A stretch of DNA of 32,000 nucleotides from Zygophlyctis sp. KS116 (lineage: Eukaryota; Fungi; Chytridiomycota): NCBI GenBank assembly GCA_054661495.1, contig BAAFSQ010000086.1, forward strand, positions 1 to 32,000. The letters run 5' to 3'. The notes below the pieces were generated by a model. The model saw only the letters and a list, made by a program, of their open reading frames with translations, ran no database searches and was not told the origin of the DNA. Of the stretch, positions 10,344-22,628 are shown piece by piece (position 1 is the stretch's first letter; the number at the start of each line of letters is the position of its first letter). The position numbers were made by a program, and so were the translations under genes.

Positions 10344-13300
10344 CTAATCACAATCAGAAACTGTTAATCTAGGAACAACATTCATTGCCATCAGTTCCTG
10401 AAATAGCAGTTTACATGCATATGGGATTTTAACTGTTGATACATTTGCACGCGACTTACAGTATGGGCAGTACTTATGCCATCCTCCAATAAGTCCACAT
10501 TGAGAGCAAACATCCAAATTATATTCATCTGAAGAAAATAATAATCGCTCAATCAAAAGTGATGATGCACCATGAGAAATCATGCAATCCCTTTCCATTT
10601 CTCCAATTCTAAGCCCTCCATCACGACTACGGCCTTCAGTGGGTTGACGAGTTAAAACAGCTCTTGGTCCTCTTGATCTTGCATGCATTTTATCCATAAC
10701 CATATGTTTGAGTTTCTGATAATATATTGGGCCAAAAAAAATATAAGCTTCAAGAGGCTCTCCTGTAATCCCAGATGTTACATAATCCTTCATATTAACA
10801 TTTTTTTAAATACCTTTCCAGAGTAAGAATAACCATGATCAATTAATATTCTAGACATATCTTCGACTTTACTACCTCCAAAAGCCTATTGATAAATAAT
10901 TTTAAGTATACAGTTCCATATTGAAAATTTCCCGTTAAAACTCCTGCTTTTCCTGCTAAAAGTTCGATCATTTTTCCAACTGTCATTCGAGATGGGAATC
11001 CATGAGGATTCATAATAACATCTGGAATAACACCAGAATCAGCAAATGGCATATCTTCCTGGCTGACGATTATTCCACATACACCTTTTTGACCATGGCG
11101 AGAAGAAAACTTGTCGCCTAATTCTGGTCTTCTGGTTTGACGAACCATACACTTTACCATTGTTTGATCTTCTTCATTTGTCGTTATGATCACCCTGTCC
11201 ACTACTGATGTGCCTGGGTATTTATACGTTAGAGGGGTTGGCTTAAATGTTGCACTTGCTGTATCTGCAACTGAAGAATCTGTGACCCTTATCGATGTTT
11301 CCTGTGGTGACTGCTTATTGACCAGGACCGACCCGCTAAATATTTTTTCACCCACCCCAACAATTCCATCCGATCCAAGAGCTTCATGCTTACTTATTTT
11401 CTGATTAGTGTTTGGGTCTATACTGGCATCTACTAGACGGTCAAATGTCTGATTTGGATACGACTTAATCATTGTAGAAAATTTGCGCATAACCTGACAG
11501 CGTCCAAATCCTCGGTCGAGAGCGGCTTTATTAAGTACGAGAGCATCTTCAATATCATAGCCCGAATAACTCATAACCGCAACCGTTGCAGTTTGTCCAG
11601 CCGGGACTTTATCATAATGAATCAGCTCTATAGTTCGTGATCTAACCATTGGGTTCTGAGAATATACCATCAAGTATAACAGAGTATCAGCCCTGCAAAG
11701 TTGATTGTATGCTATGATTCCAATTGCTTGTTTTCCCATAGCACATTGGTAGGTATTTCTGGGAGATTGATTGTGGTGGGGATAAGGAATTAGACCAGCT
11801 ACTGCCCCAAGAACTGTAAAAGGGGCAATCTCTAAATGACTAGTATTTGGATAATCCTCCTCTAATTTAGAGTAATGGATATCTGATTCATATAAAGCTA
11901 AATCAGCATCTGTTTCCTCATTTGTGTCTAAATATTCAATTTTGCCTTGATTTACAAGGTCTTCAAAGCGAAGCCGTCCATGGATGATATCTCTCAAGTC
12001 TTGCTCCTTTACAAGACTTTCTCCTTTCTCCACTATAATCATCGGTCGACAAATTCGCCCGCCATCACAAGAAATATGTATCGTTCTCTGACTAATCGTA
12101 CGATATATGGAGACTAGAGGTCCCACTCTACCACATCTTCTCAATTTCCGAAATTTTCGAACGAACTCTACTGGTTTCCGATGTACTCCTAGCAAAACAC
12201 CATTTAATAACACGAGATAGGTAGAATCAGTAGAATATAAATCTGCACCAACTACAACATTTATCTCCTCTACTCCTAAAGCAAAGACGAGTTTTCGAAC
12301 TGGTTCATCTTCTGAATCGGTAGTTATATGCGTCATAAGCGCTAAATTTTTAATAAGACCACAAGCTTCTCCTTCCGGAGTGTCTGATGGACACAACATC
12401 CCCCACTGTGATGTTTGCAAACTTCTAGGACCAGATACTTTTCTTGTTTTTTCAAATTGAGAGGAAATTCTGGTTAGCATCCCTAACGCAGAAACATAGC
12501 TTAAACGAGATAAAACTTGTGTGACACCAGCTCTCTCCATTCTAAATCTCTTTACATTCCAATTTCCAGATGATATAGCTCTGAATAATCCATCTGTGAT
12601 GAAGCGAGAAGTCTGAGAAACAGCAGCAGCAGCATCGTATTGTGAAGTTCGGTTTGTACGTTTTAATTGAGCATCAACTGCTCTCTTAATAGAAGAAGCC
12701 CAAGATTTAAACAAATCTTCAAACAATAAGGAAAGCAATTGTCCAGCACTAATAATTTGAAAAAATAAAAATTACAGTTCGAGACGTTTGTTTCCAACAA
12801 AATCTCTATCATCAACTATTCCACCATCTCTTGTAGCTTGTAAAATTCTCCTTACCATTAAAGCAGCATAAACTACTTTAGGACGATAATTGGGCTGTCC
12901 TAAATGAGTTTGAATAGGGATGTGAGCCAATATGGTGGTTGTTAAAAGTTCCTTTGCTTCTTCAGGAAGATTTCTTTTCGTTCCCCATTTTATCGGTCCA
13001 GTTGCAGACATCTTCACCTTTGATCCAATCCAATCCATTGCTTGCTTCTGAGTTATAATTTCATTCTCTGTAGCATCAACAATAGAGGGCAAGAAAAGTT
13101 CCATAAATTCTTTATCTTTTCCACAAACCATTTCCATGATTTCTTGATCAGTTTCTATCCCCATTGCTTTGAAAAAAATAACAATAGGAATATCTGAAGA
13201 AAATGAATTATGTTTTAAATGAACTTTTTGCTGTTTCCCTAGAGTAATTGTAGTTTTTGATTTTTTTTCGTGAGTTGAAGAAGTTACATTGGCTCCAATA

Positions 13301-13946
13301 CATCCTAGACGATCAGTTTCAACAATAATTCTATTCTTTGAAAGTTGTTCTTGAATCAAAATAACTTTTTCAGTTCCTCTTATAATAAAATATCCACCTG
13401 GATCTAATGGACACTCTCCCATATCAACAATATCTTTTGCAGACTTATCCTTGAGTACGCATTTTGAAGATCTTAACATGATTGGCATCCTCCCAATTTC
13501 AATATTTCTCTTAATCACAACTTGTTTTCCTCTTACATACTCAATGTCTACAATGATTGTTCCTCCATATGTTATATCTCTAAGCCTACATTCTTGGGGC
13601 GTGAGTTCGTACGAAATTCCCTTCTGGACATCTTGAGCTTGTGGGCTCTTGACCCTAATATCCAGAAACTTTAGATAGAAATGAGGATCAACATCCGAAT
13701 CAACTTTAGAATTTGCCATTAGAATCTTTTTTATATCGGTTTCAATAAAATAATTAAAAGAGTCCAAATGCTGCTTTACCAGCCCCTTGGTTTGCAAAAA
13801 AGCAGGAACAAGTCTCCATTTATCCTGCATTGATTAAAAAGATTATTTACCTCTGCAGTATTGATCGGATCTGTAATGCTTTTCCCTAGATATCGCAGGT
13901 TGTCCGATCCAGCAACATCAGCTTCAAAAATTGATGCTCCGCTCAT
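10344..13946 (-). CDS. RPC2: DNA-directed RNA polymerase III second-largest subunit
   Basis: [59 protein letters not shown]; introns 13825-13850, 12749-12775, 10886-10911, 10788-10813. Confidence 0.96.
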
Positions 13947-14253
13947 TTTTCCTTTAAGCCACAGTCCTCTGCATAACCATCAGTGCCTCAAACGTACGAG
14001 GTGTTCATACTCTAGGTTTTAGACTTTTCACTACGAATGGCTCTGAACCCTCTTACCGTTTACTCTAAAAATTTGAATGAGCCGTTGTAGACCTAAGCAG
14101 ACTTTGACATGGAAGATCTGGAACTTAACTTTCTACGATTATTAATGGTTGTCCATAACGGAGTTGAGTATCAAGGAGATTTGGAAACTTGGAAATTCAG
14201 AGAGGTTGTAGATTTTCAGATTTCTTAAAACTCAATCTGTCCGATATTTTAAT

Positions 14254-14403
14254 GATTATCTCAATACAAGAATGAACTAGATGGCAATGATAACAATCTT
14301 GAAAAACTAATTCATTTATTTACTCTTTAAAATATTATCTAGATCTCTACTACAACAGTCCATCTCTCCTTTTACTAATTAAATTGACCCATGTCATCCA
14401 TAG
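14254..14403. repeat. Dispersed 5' flank block shared with 23494-23615
   Basis: gattatctcaatacaag...aaaactaattcatttatttactctttaaaatattat...acccatgtcatccatag occurs at both loci, with substitutions and a ~30-bp indel. Confidence 0.9.
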
Positions 14404-14437
14404 GTGGGACAGCCGGTGGGACAGCATTTTTGCTCAC

Positions 14438-14503
14438 GTCATCCGGCGGGACAGGAACGGATATAAAAGGAGCTGATTTTGGGTGGGACATCTTGTAAAA
14501 AAA
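14438..14503 (+). promoter_or_regulatory. Conserved TATA-containing promoter block of Cys-rich gene 1
   Basis: 63/66 nt identical to 25000-25065; TATAAAA at 14462-14468; recurring GTCATCC and GGGACA motifs. Confidence 0.75.
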
Positions 14504-14532
14504 CTAAAATCTCATTCTTCTAAATCTCGAAA

Positions 14533-14931
14533 ATGAAACTTACTATTTTGACTGTTGGAATTATTGCATTGTTTAATGTAGTTAGTTGTGGTCCGGGATT
14601 GGGATTGGGTTATCCTTGCAAAAAAAATAGCAATCTTATATATAGCTGTAAGAAAGAACTCGAGTGTGTTGATGGCAAATGCAAGGCTAAACTTGGCGAA
14701 AAATGTGAGAAGAATGATGACTGTGTTTCCAAAAACTGTAATCTAGACACAAAAAAGTGTTATCTCCCAAAAGCCAATTCTGTTGGATTGGACGGATATT
14801 GTAATATGGAATCAGAGTGCAAAACTGACTTCACATGTAAGTCTAACAAATGCAAGAAAATAAAAGGCAAAACATGTGGGAACAATAATGAATGTTCATC
14901 CGCGTATTGTAAAGCAGGTCGTTGTCTTTAA
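14533..14931 (+). CDS. Small secreted Cys/Lys-rich repeat protein (candidate effector)
   Basis: Signal peptide MKLTILTVGIIALFNVVSC, then repeated G-x-x-C-x5-C-x4-C-x4-C modules; intronless. Confidence 0.85.
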   Translation: MKLTILTVGIIALFNVVSCGPGLGLGYPCKKNSNLIYSCKKELECVDGKCKAKLGEKCEKNDDCVSKNCNLDTKKCYLPKANSVGLDGYCNMESECKTDFTCKSNKCKKIKGKTCGNNNECSSAYCKAGRCL

Positions 14932-15142
14932 ACACATTACTAAAAAAGATTTTCTTTTATTTATTATTTATTGAGCTTCATTTAGTCTCTGGAATTTTTA
15001 TAAAGGACTGCCAAACATGTTTAATCAATAAAGTACATGTTGACCAGTGTAATGTTGCATGATTCTAAATATTTATTGTGACTGCTTTATAAAGATTTGG
15101 GCTGATCATGAAACAGGACCATCTACATCTAATGTTTGAGCC

Positions 15143-15169
15143 TCTGTCCCTCAGAGTCTGAGGGACAGA
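15143..15169. repeat. 27-bp palindrome (13-bp perfect arms, 1-nt spacer)
   Basis: tctgtccctcaga-g-tctgagggacaga. Confidence 0.9.
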
Positions 15170-15527
15170 TCAGTTCAGATGAACGTGTTTGATAGCCTAG
15201 GTAGAACTAAACAAGTAGCTTTGGGAATTCTCATAAATGGAAGTCCTAGGAAATCAATTAATAATTGTTTTTAGTAGTATGATAAATAATAATAAATTTT
15301 ACTTGAAGTGTTTCATCTCGTACAAATCTAATCTTACTTTAGGAATAAATAGCCGCCCAAAGATAATACTAAATAAACATTTTCTTCTTTTATTCTACAT
15401 TTTGGACAATCTGTTCACATTAATACATGCTGAGACTTATGAGACTAATCAGTTAAATGTTTTTGAAACAAGATTTATTTTACAACCAACTTTAAAAGCT
15501 GCACAAATAATCAGTCATTGATCAGGC

Positions 15528-18343
15528 TTAGTTTGTTGGTTGGAAGCTAGAAGATAACATACCAGAGATATTGTTTGCCATTCTAATATTGATTCCCACA
15601 AAATTCAAAAACTGTACTGATACCAGTTTAGTAACCACAGAATGAGTTTGTAAAGAGGCTAAATTCAGAGATTTGGCGTTGAACAGACTTATAATGGGCT
15701 CGAAAAACATTCCAAAAAGCTCAAACCATCCAATTTGCCAAACTGCCATTCTTGGTGCATCAGAAGGACTAATCCCAAGCCCAGTATCAACTTGTATTTT
15801 AACTCCAAATATAATGGCTGGAATAGTTACCAAGGAAATATCGGTAAATGCACGCTAAAAATTAGATATACCAAACTTACAGGTTTTCCGCTCAAAAAAT
15901 AGTGATTGGGATTTAATTGTCCAAGTACACTTCGGACCATTTTTATGACCAATTCAATAACCCAGGAATACCAATTTCCAAAAAACATTGGATCTGGATG
16001 ATTAAGTGAATATTTCATTTCTTCTGCGTCAATGTGATCCAGTTGATTAATCGGATATGCAGGGATGGCAGCAATAACTTGAAACAAAGACTGCATTATC
16101 TGCGGATATTCAGTAAGTTTTCCTGGGTTATTAACAGATGACATCTTATCGGCCACTCTTTGGTATTTATGATTTCTAAAATCCTCCATTTCTAATGTAA
16201 TACAGAAAGCACCATTCATTAACATATATGCCATCAAGTTGGTACATCGTTGCATCCAATCATAGATTCCCAATCGATGATCTTGCAGCTCTTGATTATC
16301 CATCGCATAGGTACGATTATCATGATTCCAAGTGTGGAGTAGTAACTCTGGGTTAGAAGAGCCGCTGAGAACCTCAACATCAACTGCTGTAAATGGTGCA
16401 TTCTGATTATAGAGTAAGTACTGATAGGTTCCAAGTAGACCACCCAAGAAACAAAGAATGTCCAGAAGCGATAAGTCAGATTTTTGCCTATTAAATAAAA
16501 TCACTAGAATTATTACCCAAATTTTTTTGCCCAAAAATCATGTAAAAATGGAATCTTCAGGGGAATAATCATAAACTTCAATGCCATATTCCAATATAAT
16601 GGAACTATTTGCATCAGTGAACCTAATAGATGTCCAGTTACATGTTCAACTCCAAGAAAAGCTGATCGAAGTAGATTCAAAATCTTTGATAGGCCCATAT
16701 TCGCGAATGAAGTATTTGGTCCAAATTTAAGTTTTGGCATCGAAAAAGATTGAAATTCATCCATGTCAAATGCCTTTCCTATATCATGTCCTGCGTCCTG
16801 ACAGACCTTTATAATACTTTCAACCAGAGACTTTGCCTCTTGATCCATTACTAAATTCGGTAAACTATTCACGATCCGATCTTGTAACATAAATGTATTT
16901 GCATCTGCTTCCATACTTTCCATATCTTTATAAGTCTTCACAAACTGTGCTTGCGCAGAACCTTTTGCCAATTTAGAAGAACTAGCAAAGCTCAAATCTT
17001 TCACGCCAAGTTTTTTCATTGCCTTTTTAAAGCTGCGGTCAGAATAGCGAGTAAAATTCTTCAAACTTTCCATATATATATCCTTTGCTAGATCTATCCC
17101 AAAAAGTGACAATGGCGCTAATTTTCTATAAAATAGACTAAGAAACGCAGTAGAGTGTGAAATATCATCCCAACGAATCTTAGAAACCAAGGTCTCTATC
17201 AGCCTACGAATAGCAATCCCAGATTTATGAAGGATTGTTACAACTGTTTGCCAGGCATTTTCTACAGTACTGATCAAATGATGTCTCCAGCCTTTCTTCT
17301 CATCACGAGCAAATAATACCATGTGCTTTTGGTTTGTCCGAGGATGTGAAAGAATGTGGTCATCCGATTCATGAACTACAAAAAAATCATCATTAGCCTC
17401 AAATCCAGAAATATTCAATGCATTAGCCAAACCAACTTGAGATTCACTGTCTTCCAAATCAGGATTTCCAACAAACGAACGCTTAAACAAATCTTTTTGG
17501 AGTGGTAAATCATCAACAATATAGGTCGTCAACTTGTTTTTGACAGAATCATACTTGAGTCCACTATGTTCGGACAGAGGTTTATCTTGCACCCCAGACC
17601 CACCTTCCACCCCAAACTTGATTCTAGCATTTGGTAATGGGGCATGAGATCCAGAGAAAATTAAAGATAAAGAAGAGACCATAGAATGAGCAAAAGCATC
17701 ATTTAATGACGGTTCAATAGCCATCAACTGTGAAGGTGTAACATGAGCCAACTTGTGTAAAATAGGAGAATCAATATGCGCAACGACCCTAACCATGAAT
17801 TCTGGAACCTTACCATTGATCTTTGGACATTGCAGCGCTCTGAATGAAGAGCGGAGGAAACAAATGATCAAGAGACTCTACTCCATCTAGCGGAATTGAA
17901 AAAGAAACTCTCCCAAGCAAATTTGTCACAAAACTCTGAGATTCATCAGATGATAAACTGCAGTCATCAAAACCACCATTTCCCTGCTCAACAATGCAGG
18001 GTAAGGAAGATTGCGACTTGATTCTAATCAAATGTCCGGGAATCGGAGCTCTTTCATCCATCCCAGAATCAACAACCGAAACAATCACATGCAATGCCTT
18101 GGATAGCGACCATGGATGCTGTCCCTCCCATCCAAGTCCTTCTGATAACTCTGATTGGACTTGGATGATGGGAAGGGTATTAGGAGATTGAAGAAAGTCT
18201 GAATCTTTTGGCATGGCCAAGTATTCAAATGGTTTCCAATCTCCTTCAGATACTAATGCATCCGCTGAACCAAATAATATACTCAAGATCGTAGACATTC
18301 CTAGAATAACCGAAAATGTCTCTGGTACATGCAAGTCTAGCAT
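15528..18343 (-). CDS. Large (~900 aa) putative secreted protein of unknown function, paralog A
   Basis: Four ORFs are joined in frame by introns 17789-17813, 16488-16516 and 15855-15880. Hydrophobic N-terminus and hydrophobic helical C-terminus; colinear with paralog B. Start is 18343 or a downstream ATG. Confidence 0.8.
17130..18169. repeat. 1040-bp near-identical block, copy in paralog A
   Basis: Matches 20098-21137; one mismatch seen (18140/21108); includes an identical 25-nt intron. Confidence 0.95.
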
Positions 18344-18494
18344 TTTAATTACTTAGGGCTATGGTAGGTTTTGATTGTCGATTACAAGGAAAATTTATTC
18401 ACTTTGCAACGACGAATTTTCGCTTTTTTCATGCGTGTTTGATCATGCTTTTTATGAAAAAAGGTCAAATTTTAGGTCAAGGTGTATTTTAGGT

Positions 18495-21287
18495 TTAAAC
18501 ATCCTCTGGCTGGAAACTCGATGAGAGCATTCCTGAAATATTATAAGCGATACGGATATTTATGGCCGCAAAGTTCATGGCTTGAATGGCCAAATGTTTG
18601 GCAACGAGAACATATGTACGAGATCTTTCACTTGACATTGTAACATATGGTAAAAGAGCCTCAAAATAATATCCTGCGATTTCAAACCATCCCATCCATA
18701 AAACAACCTGGCGAGGATAGTCATTTTTTGCAATCTGTTTTCCCATATCATGCTGAATTCTTACACTCCAGAATGTAGTTGGCGCTAAAAGTTAAAAAAA
18801 ATAGAAAATACATACCTGCAACAAGAACTAAATCAGTTATAATTCTCTAATTTAATTAATATAAATGAAAATACCAATGGTCCTCCGACAAATGGATGAT
18901 TGCTATCTACGGTTCCGACAATAGTTCTGACAGCTTTTGTAAATAATTCAATGACCCATGAATACCAGAGTTGCAGATATCTTGAATCTGGATTGTCAAG
19001 TGAATTTTGCAAAATAGTTGCATCGGTTGTTTCAAGTTGATTAATGGGATATGCTCCGATTGGGCCAACCATTTGAAATAATGAAATTAACATTTGTGGT
19101 CCATTTGTTAATTCCCCAGGATTCTCCATAGACGATATTTTTAATCCCTTTGCCAATCTTTGGTCATTACGACGATCCTCTACTAACAATGCTAAATCAT
19201 ATGCTCCATTCATTAATGACCAAACCATCATATTGAGACATCTTTGGATCCAATCATAAATTCCAAGTCGGTGTTCCCGCAGTTCCGGCTGATCCATTGC
19301 GTAAGTTCTAGGATCTTTATTCCAAGTATATAAGAAAAGTTCAGGATTAGTTACACTATTTAATACTTCAATATCAGTTGCATCAAATGGCGCCTTCTTG
19401 TTAAATATGCGATACTGATGTGCGCCATAAGAACCACCCAGTAAACAGAGAATATCAATTAATGATAATGAAGAACGATTACTTATTTTGAGAATAAAAA
19501 AATATTACCCAAATCTCTTTGACCAAAAATCATACAAAAATGGAATCTTCAATGGTAGATTCATAAAAGATAGAGCTAAATTCCAGTAAAAAGGAACAAA
19601 TTGCATAAGCGCCGCAAATAGATTACCTCCAACATGTTCAGCTGTAAGTAAAAAATTTCTTAAATACTGTAGAGCTTTAGCCAAATTAAGTTTCATGAGA
19701 TGGTTTAGACTGGGAAGTTTCACTGAATTTGTATTAATCTTATTCATTTCATGATAATCGAATGAATTCTTTACTGAATCACCGGCTTCACGGCATACTT
19801 TGAACAATCTTTCTAAAACAGTCTTATTACTATAATCCATGGAGATTTGTTTAATATTATTCACAAATCTATCATGAATCATCGCTGTATTAGCGTCCAG
19901 AGTCGGATCATTCGTAATATTAGAAAATTGAGATTCTGCCTTTAATGACTGCTGGAAGTTGATATTGTTTACTCCCATTTTTCTTATCGCCTTTTGTATC
20001 AAATCATCGGTATTATTTGCAATATTTTTCAAAGTCTCTCCGAAAATATCCCGAGCCATATCAAATCCTTTTAATGATAATGTACCCAACTTCCTCAAAA
20101 ATAGACTAAGAAACGCAGTAGAGTGTGAAATATCATCCCAACGAATCTTAGAAACCAAGGTCTCTATCAGCCTACGAATAGCAATCCCAGATTTATGAAG
20201 GATTGTTACAACTGTTTGCCAGGCATTTTCTACAGTACTGATCAAATGATGTCTCCAGCCTTTCTTCTCATCACGAGCAAATAATACCATGTGCTTTTGG
20301 TTTGTCCGAGGATGTGAAAGAATGTGGTCATCCGATTCATGAACTACAAAAAAATCATCATTAGCCTCAAATCCAGAAATATTCAATGCATTAGCCAAAC
20401 CAACTTGAGATTCACTGTCTTCCAAATCAGGATTTCCAACAAACGAACGCTTAAACAAATCTTTTTGGAGTGGTAAATCATCAACAATATAGGTCGTCAA
20501 CTTGTTTTTGACAGAATCATACTTGAGTCCACTATGTTCGGACAGAGGTTTATCTTGCACCCCAGACCCACCTTCCACCCCAAACTTGATTCTAGCATTT
20601 GGTAATGGGGCATGAGATCCAGAGAAAATTAAAGATAAAGAAGAGACCATAGAATGAGCAAAAGCATCATTTAATGACGGTTCAATAGCCATCAACTGTG
20701 AAGGTGTAACATGAGCCAACTTGTGTAAAATAGGAGAATCAATATGCGCAACGACCCTAACCATGAATTCTGGAACCTTACCATTGATCTTTGGACATTG
20801 CAGCGCTCTGAATGAAGAGCGGAGGAAACAAATGATCAAGAGACTCTACTCCATCTAGCGGAATTGAAAAAGAAACTCTCCCAAGCAAATTTGTCACAAA
20901 ACTCTGAGATTCATCAGATGATAAACTGCAGTCATCAAAACCACCATTTCCCTGCTCAACAATGCAGGGTAAGGAAGATTGCGACTTGATTCTAATCAAA
21001 TGTCCGGGAATCGGAGCTCTTTCATCCATCCCAGAATCAACAACCGAAACAATCACATGCAATGCCTTGGATAGCGACCATGGATGCTGTCCCTCCCATC
21101 CAAGTCCGTCTGATAACTCTGATTGGACTTGGATGATTGGAATATTTTGCAATTTCCTAGTAATGAATTCCGGATCATTTTCCACTGAAAGAAATTCAAA
21201 TGGTTTCCAATCTTTCTCATTGGCATTAACAGAATCTGCATTGATCATGCAGTAGAAAATGATTAAAATAGGGAATGCATTCAACAT
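18495..21287 (-). CDS. Large (~900 aa) putative secreted protein of unknown function, paralog B
   Basis: Introns 20757-20781, 19482-19508, 18847-18874 and 18785-18815 give a continuous frame; signal peptide MLNAFPILIIFYCMINADS; ends NISGMLSSSFQP like paralog A. Confidence 0.8.
20098..21137. repeat. 1040-bp near-identical block, copy in paralog B
   Basis: Matches 17130-18169 at offset 2968. Confidence 0.95.
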
Positions 21288-21346
21288 ATTAGTTGACCAG
21301 AAGAACAAAAAAAACGAGAAAATTTTTCTTTCAAATTTTTATAGTT

Positions 21347-22438
21347 TTAGGGCTGATTAACAGTCCCACAATTGACTAGACACCCAGAGAATACTTTATT
21401 CAAAACTATAGCTAGTCTATATCCACCTAAAATTACTATATGAAATAAAAATTACCTTTAGCAATCTGAAAATCAATAAATTCCTTTGAGTTTTCATAAT
21501 AAGTTTTTCCAAAATCCTGATTTGGATCCTTTTCAAATCTATTCCAAACAATCGAACATCCAAATGAATTTTCCTCGTTCACCCAATCTACAATTGTTTG
21601 AAGATGACCTAGAGAAGTTCTAGCCTGAAAGCTTAAATTCTCTACCCATGTTTCCTTTAGATCAGAATATATTCCATCTTCAAGTAATTCAGTCAAATAC
21701 TGTGTATAAACCGTGTCCGATCGATTAAAATCCAATTTTATATGTTTCTCAATCATTAGAGTATCCCATAGAGTATGAAAATTTCTAGAATGAGTATTAT
21801 CAAATTGAATCTTGTCTTCATTCCCTCCCCGATCTAAATTTTATAAAAATCATGAATTATACCTCTTGAACAGAGATGAAGTGGTTGAACTAAATCTCCT
21901 ATAAAATGTACTAAAAATTTCAAAGCTATTGATTGTGTAGTATCATTATATACAAGAGTAGAATCAGTCAATTTACGAGAATTCCAAGCACCATGCTTGT
22001 GATTCTGATGCTTGGCAAGCTTGGTAAATCTCAGCTGATCAGTGTAATTTGTAATTGCACCGACTAAACACTGTCCTTTTTGGATTAATTATGAGTAATA
22101 TTACCGTTCGGACAATCTCTTTCATCTACATATCCGCAACTATAAGGAGGATTATCTTGAGAGTCAACATAATGATATGGGCCTGACCATCCAAAATTAT
22201 GAGAAATTCTTACTTGATCAGCCCAACTCTAGAATTAATTTTAATAAAATACCGCAATTTCAGAAATCTTTTGTTGACCTAAAATCTCAATGATTGCATT
22301 ACTAGTTTCATGATTTATAAAAGACTCTGCTACTCTTGCAATCGCTGCATGGCCTAGATTTATAAGTTTAAAAGTACCTGTATGACCCCAAGATTGTACA
22401 ATACTTGTAAAGCAAATTAAGAATGCGATAATCAGCAT
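21347..22438 (-). CDS. Secreted S1/P1 nuclease
   Basis: Signal peptide then WGHTGH, SWADQVR, HYVD, FLVHFIGDLVQPLH, RGGN, FHTLWD, QIAKGGYRLA; introns 22354-22377, 22229-22252, 22076-22104, 21834-21862, 21427-21455; alternative in-frame ATGs at 22459, 22480, 22534. Confidence 0.9.
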
Positions 22439-22498
22439 TTGAACACGTTTAATCAGCATTTGAACACGTTTAATCAGCATTTGAACACGTTTAATCAG
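22429..22498. repeat. 21-bp tandem repeat, 3.3 copies, spanning the nuclease start codon
   Basis: (taatcagcatttgaacacgtt)x3 followed by taatcag. Confidence 0.95.
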
Positions 22499-22628
22499 AC
22501 GCTTGAAAATCAAACTAGTTGTAGGACTGTTCATAGTTCCAGATTTAGCTCAAAATTTAAAGTGCAGGATAGAATAACTACTAATCATGAAAATCATGAA
22601 AATCATGAAAATAAAGATAATGTATTTT

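Noticed and set aside
15237-15521. 94-aa ORF, and similar ORFs at 25903..26166 and 28456..28689
   Set aside because: Low-complexity or intergenic ORFs without recognisable motifs; probably spurious.
17789-17871. Apparent programmed frameshift between overlapping ORFs in both paralogs, and similar overlaps in other genes
   Set aside because: A 25-nt GT-AG intron restores the frame; the same holds for the other overlaps.
22429-22498. Possible CRISPR array
   Set aside because: The repeats are contiguous with no spacers, there are no cas genes and the context is eukaryotic.
22583-22612. 9-bp tandem repeat (aatcatgaa)x3
   Set aside because: Ordinary intergenic minisatellite with no evident consequence.
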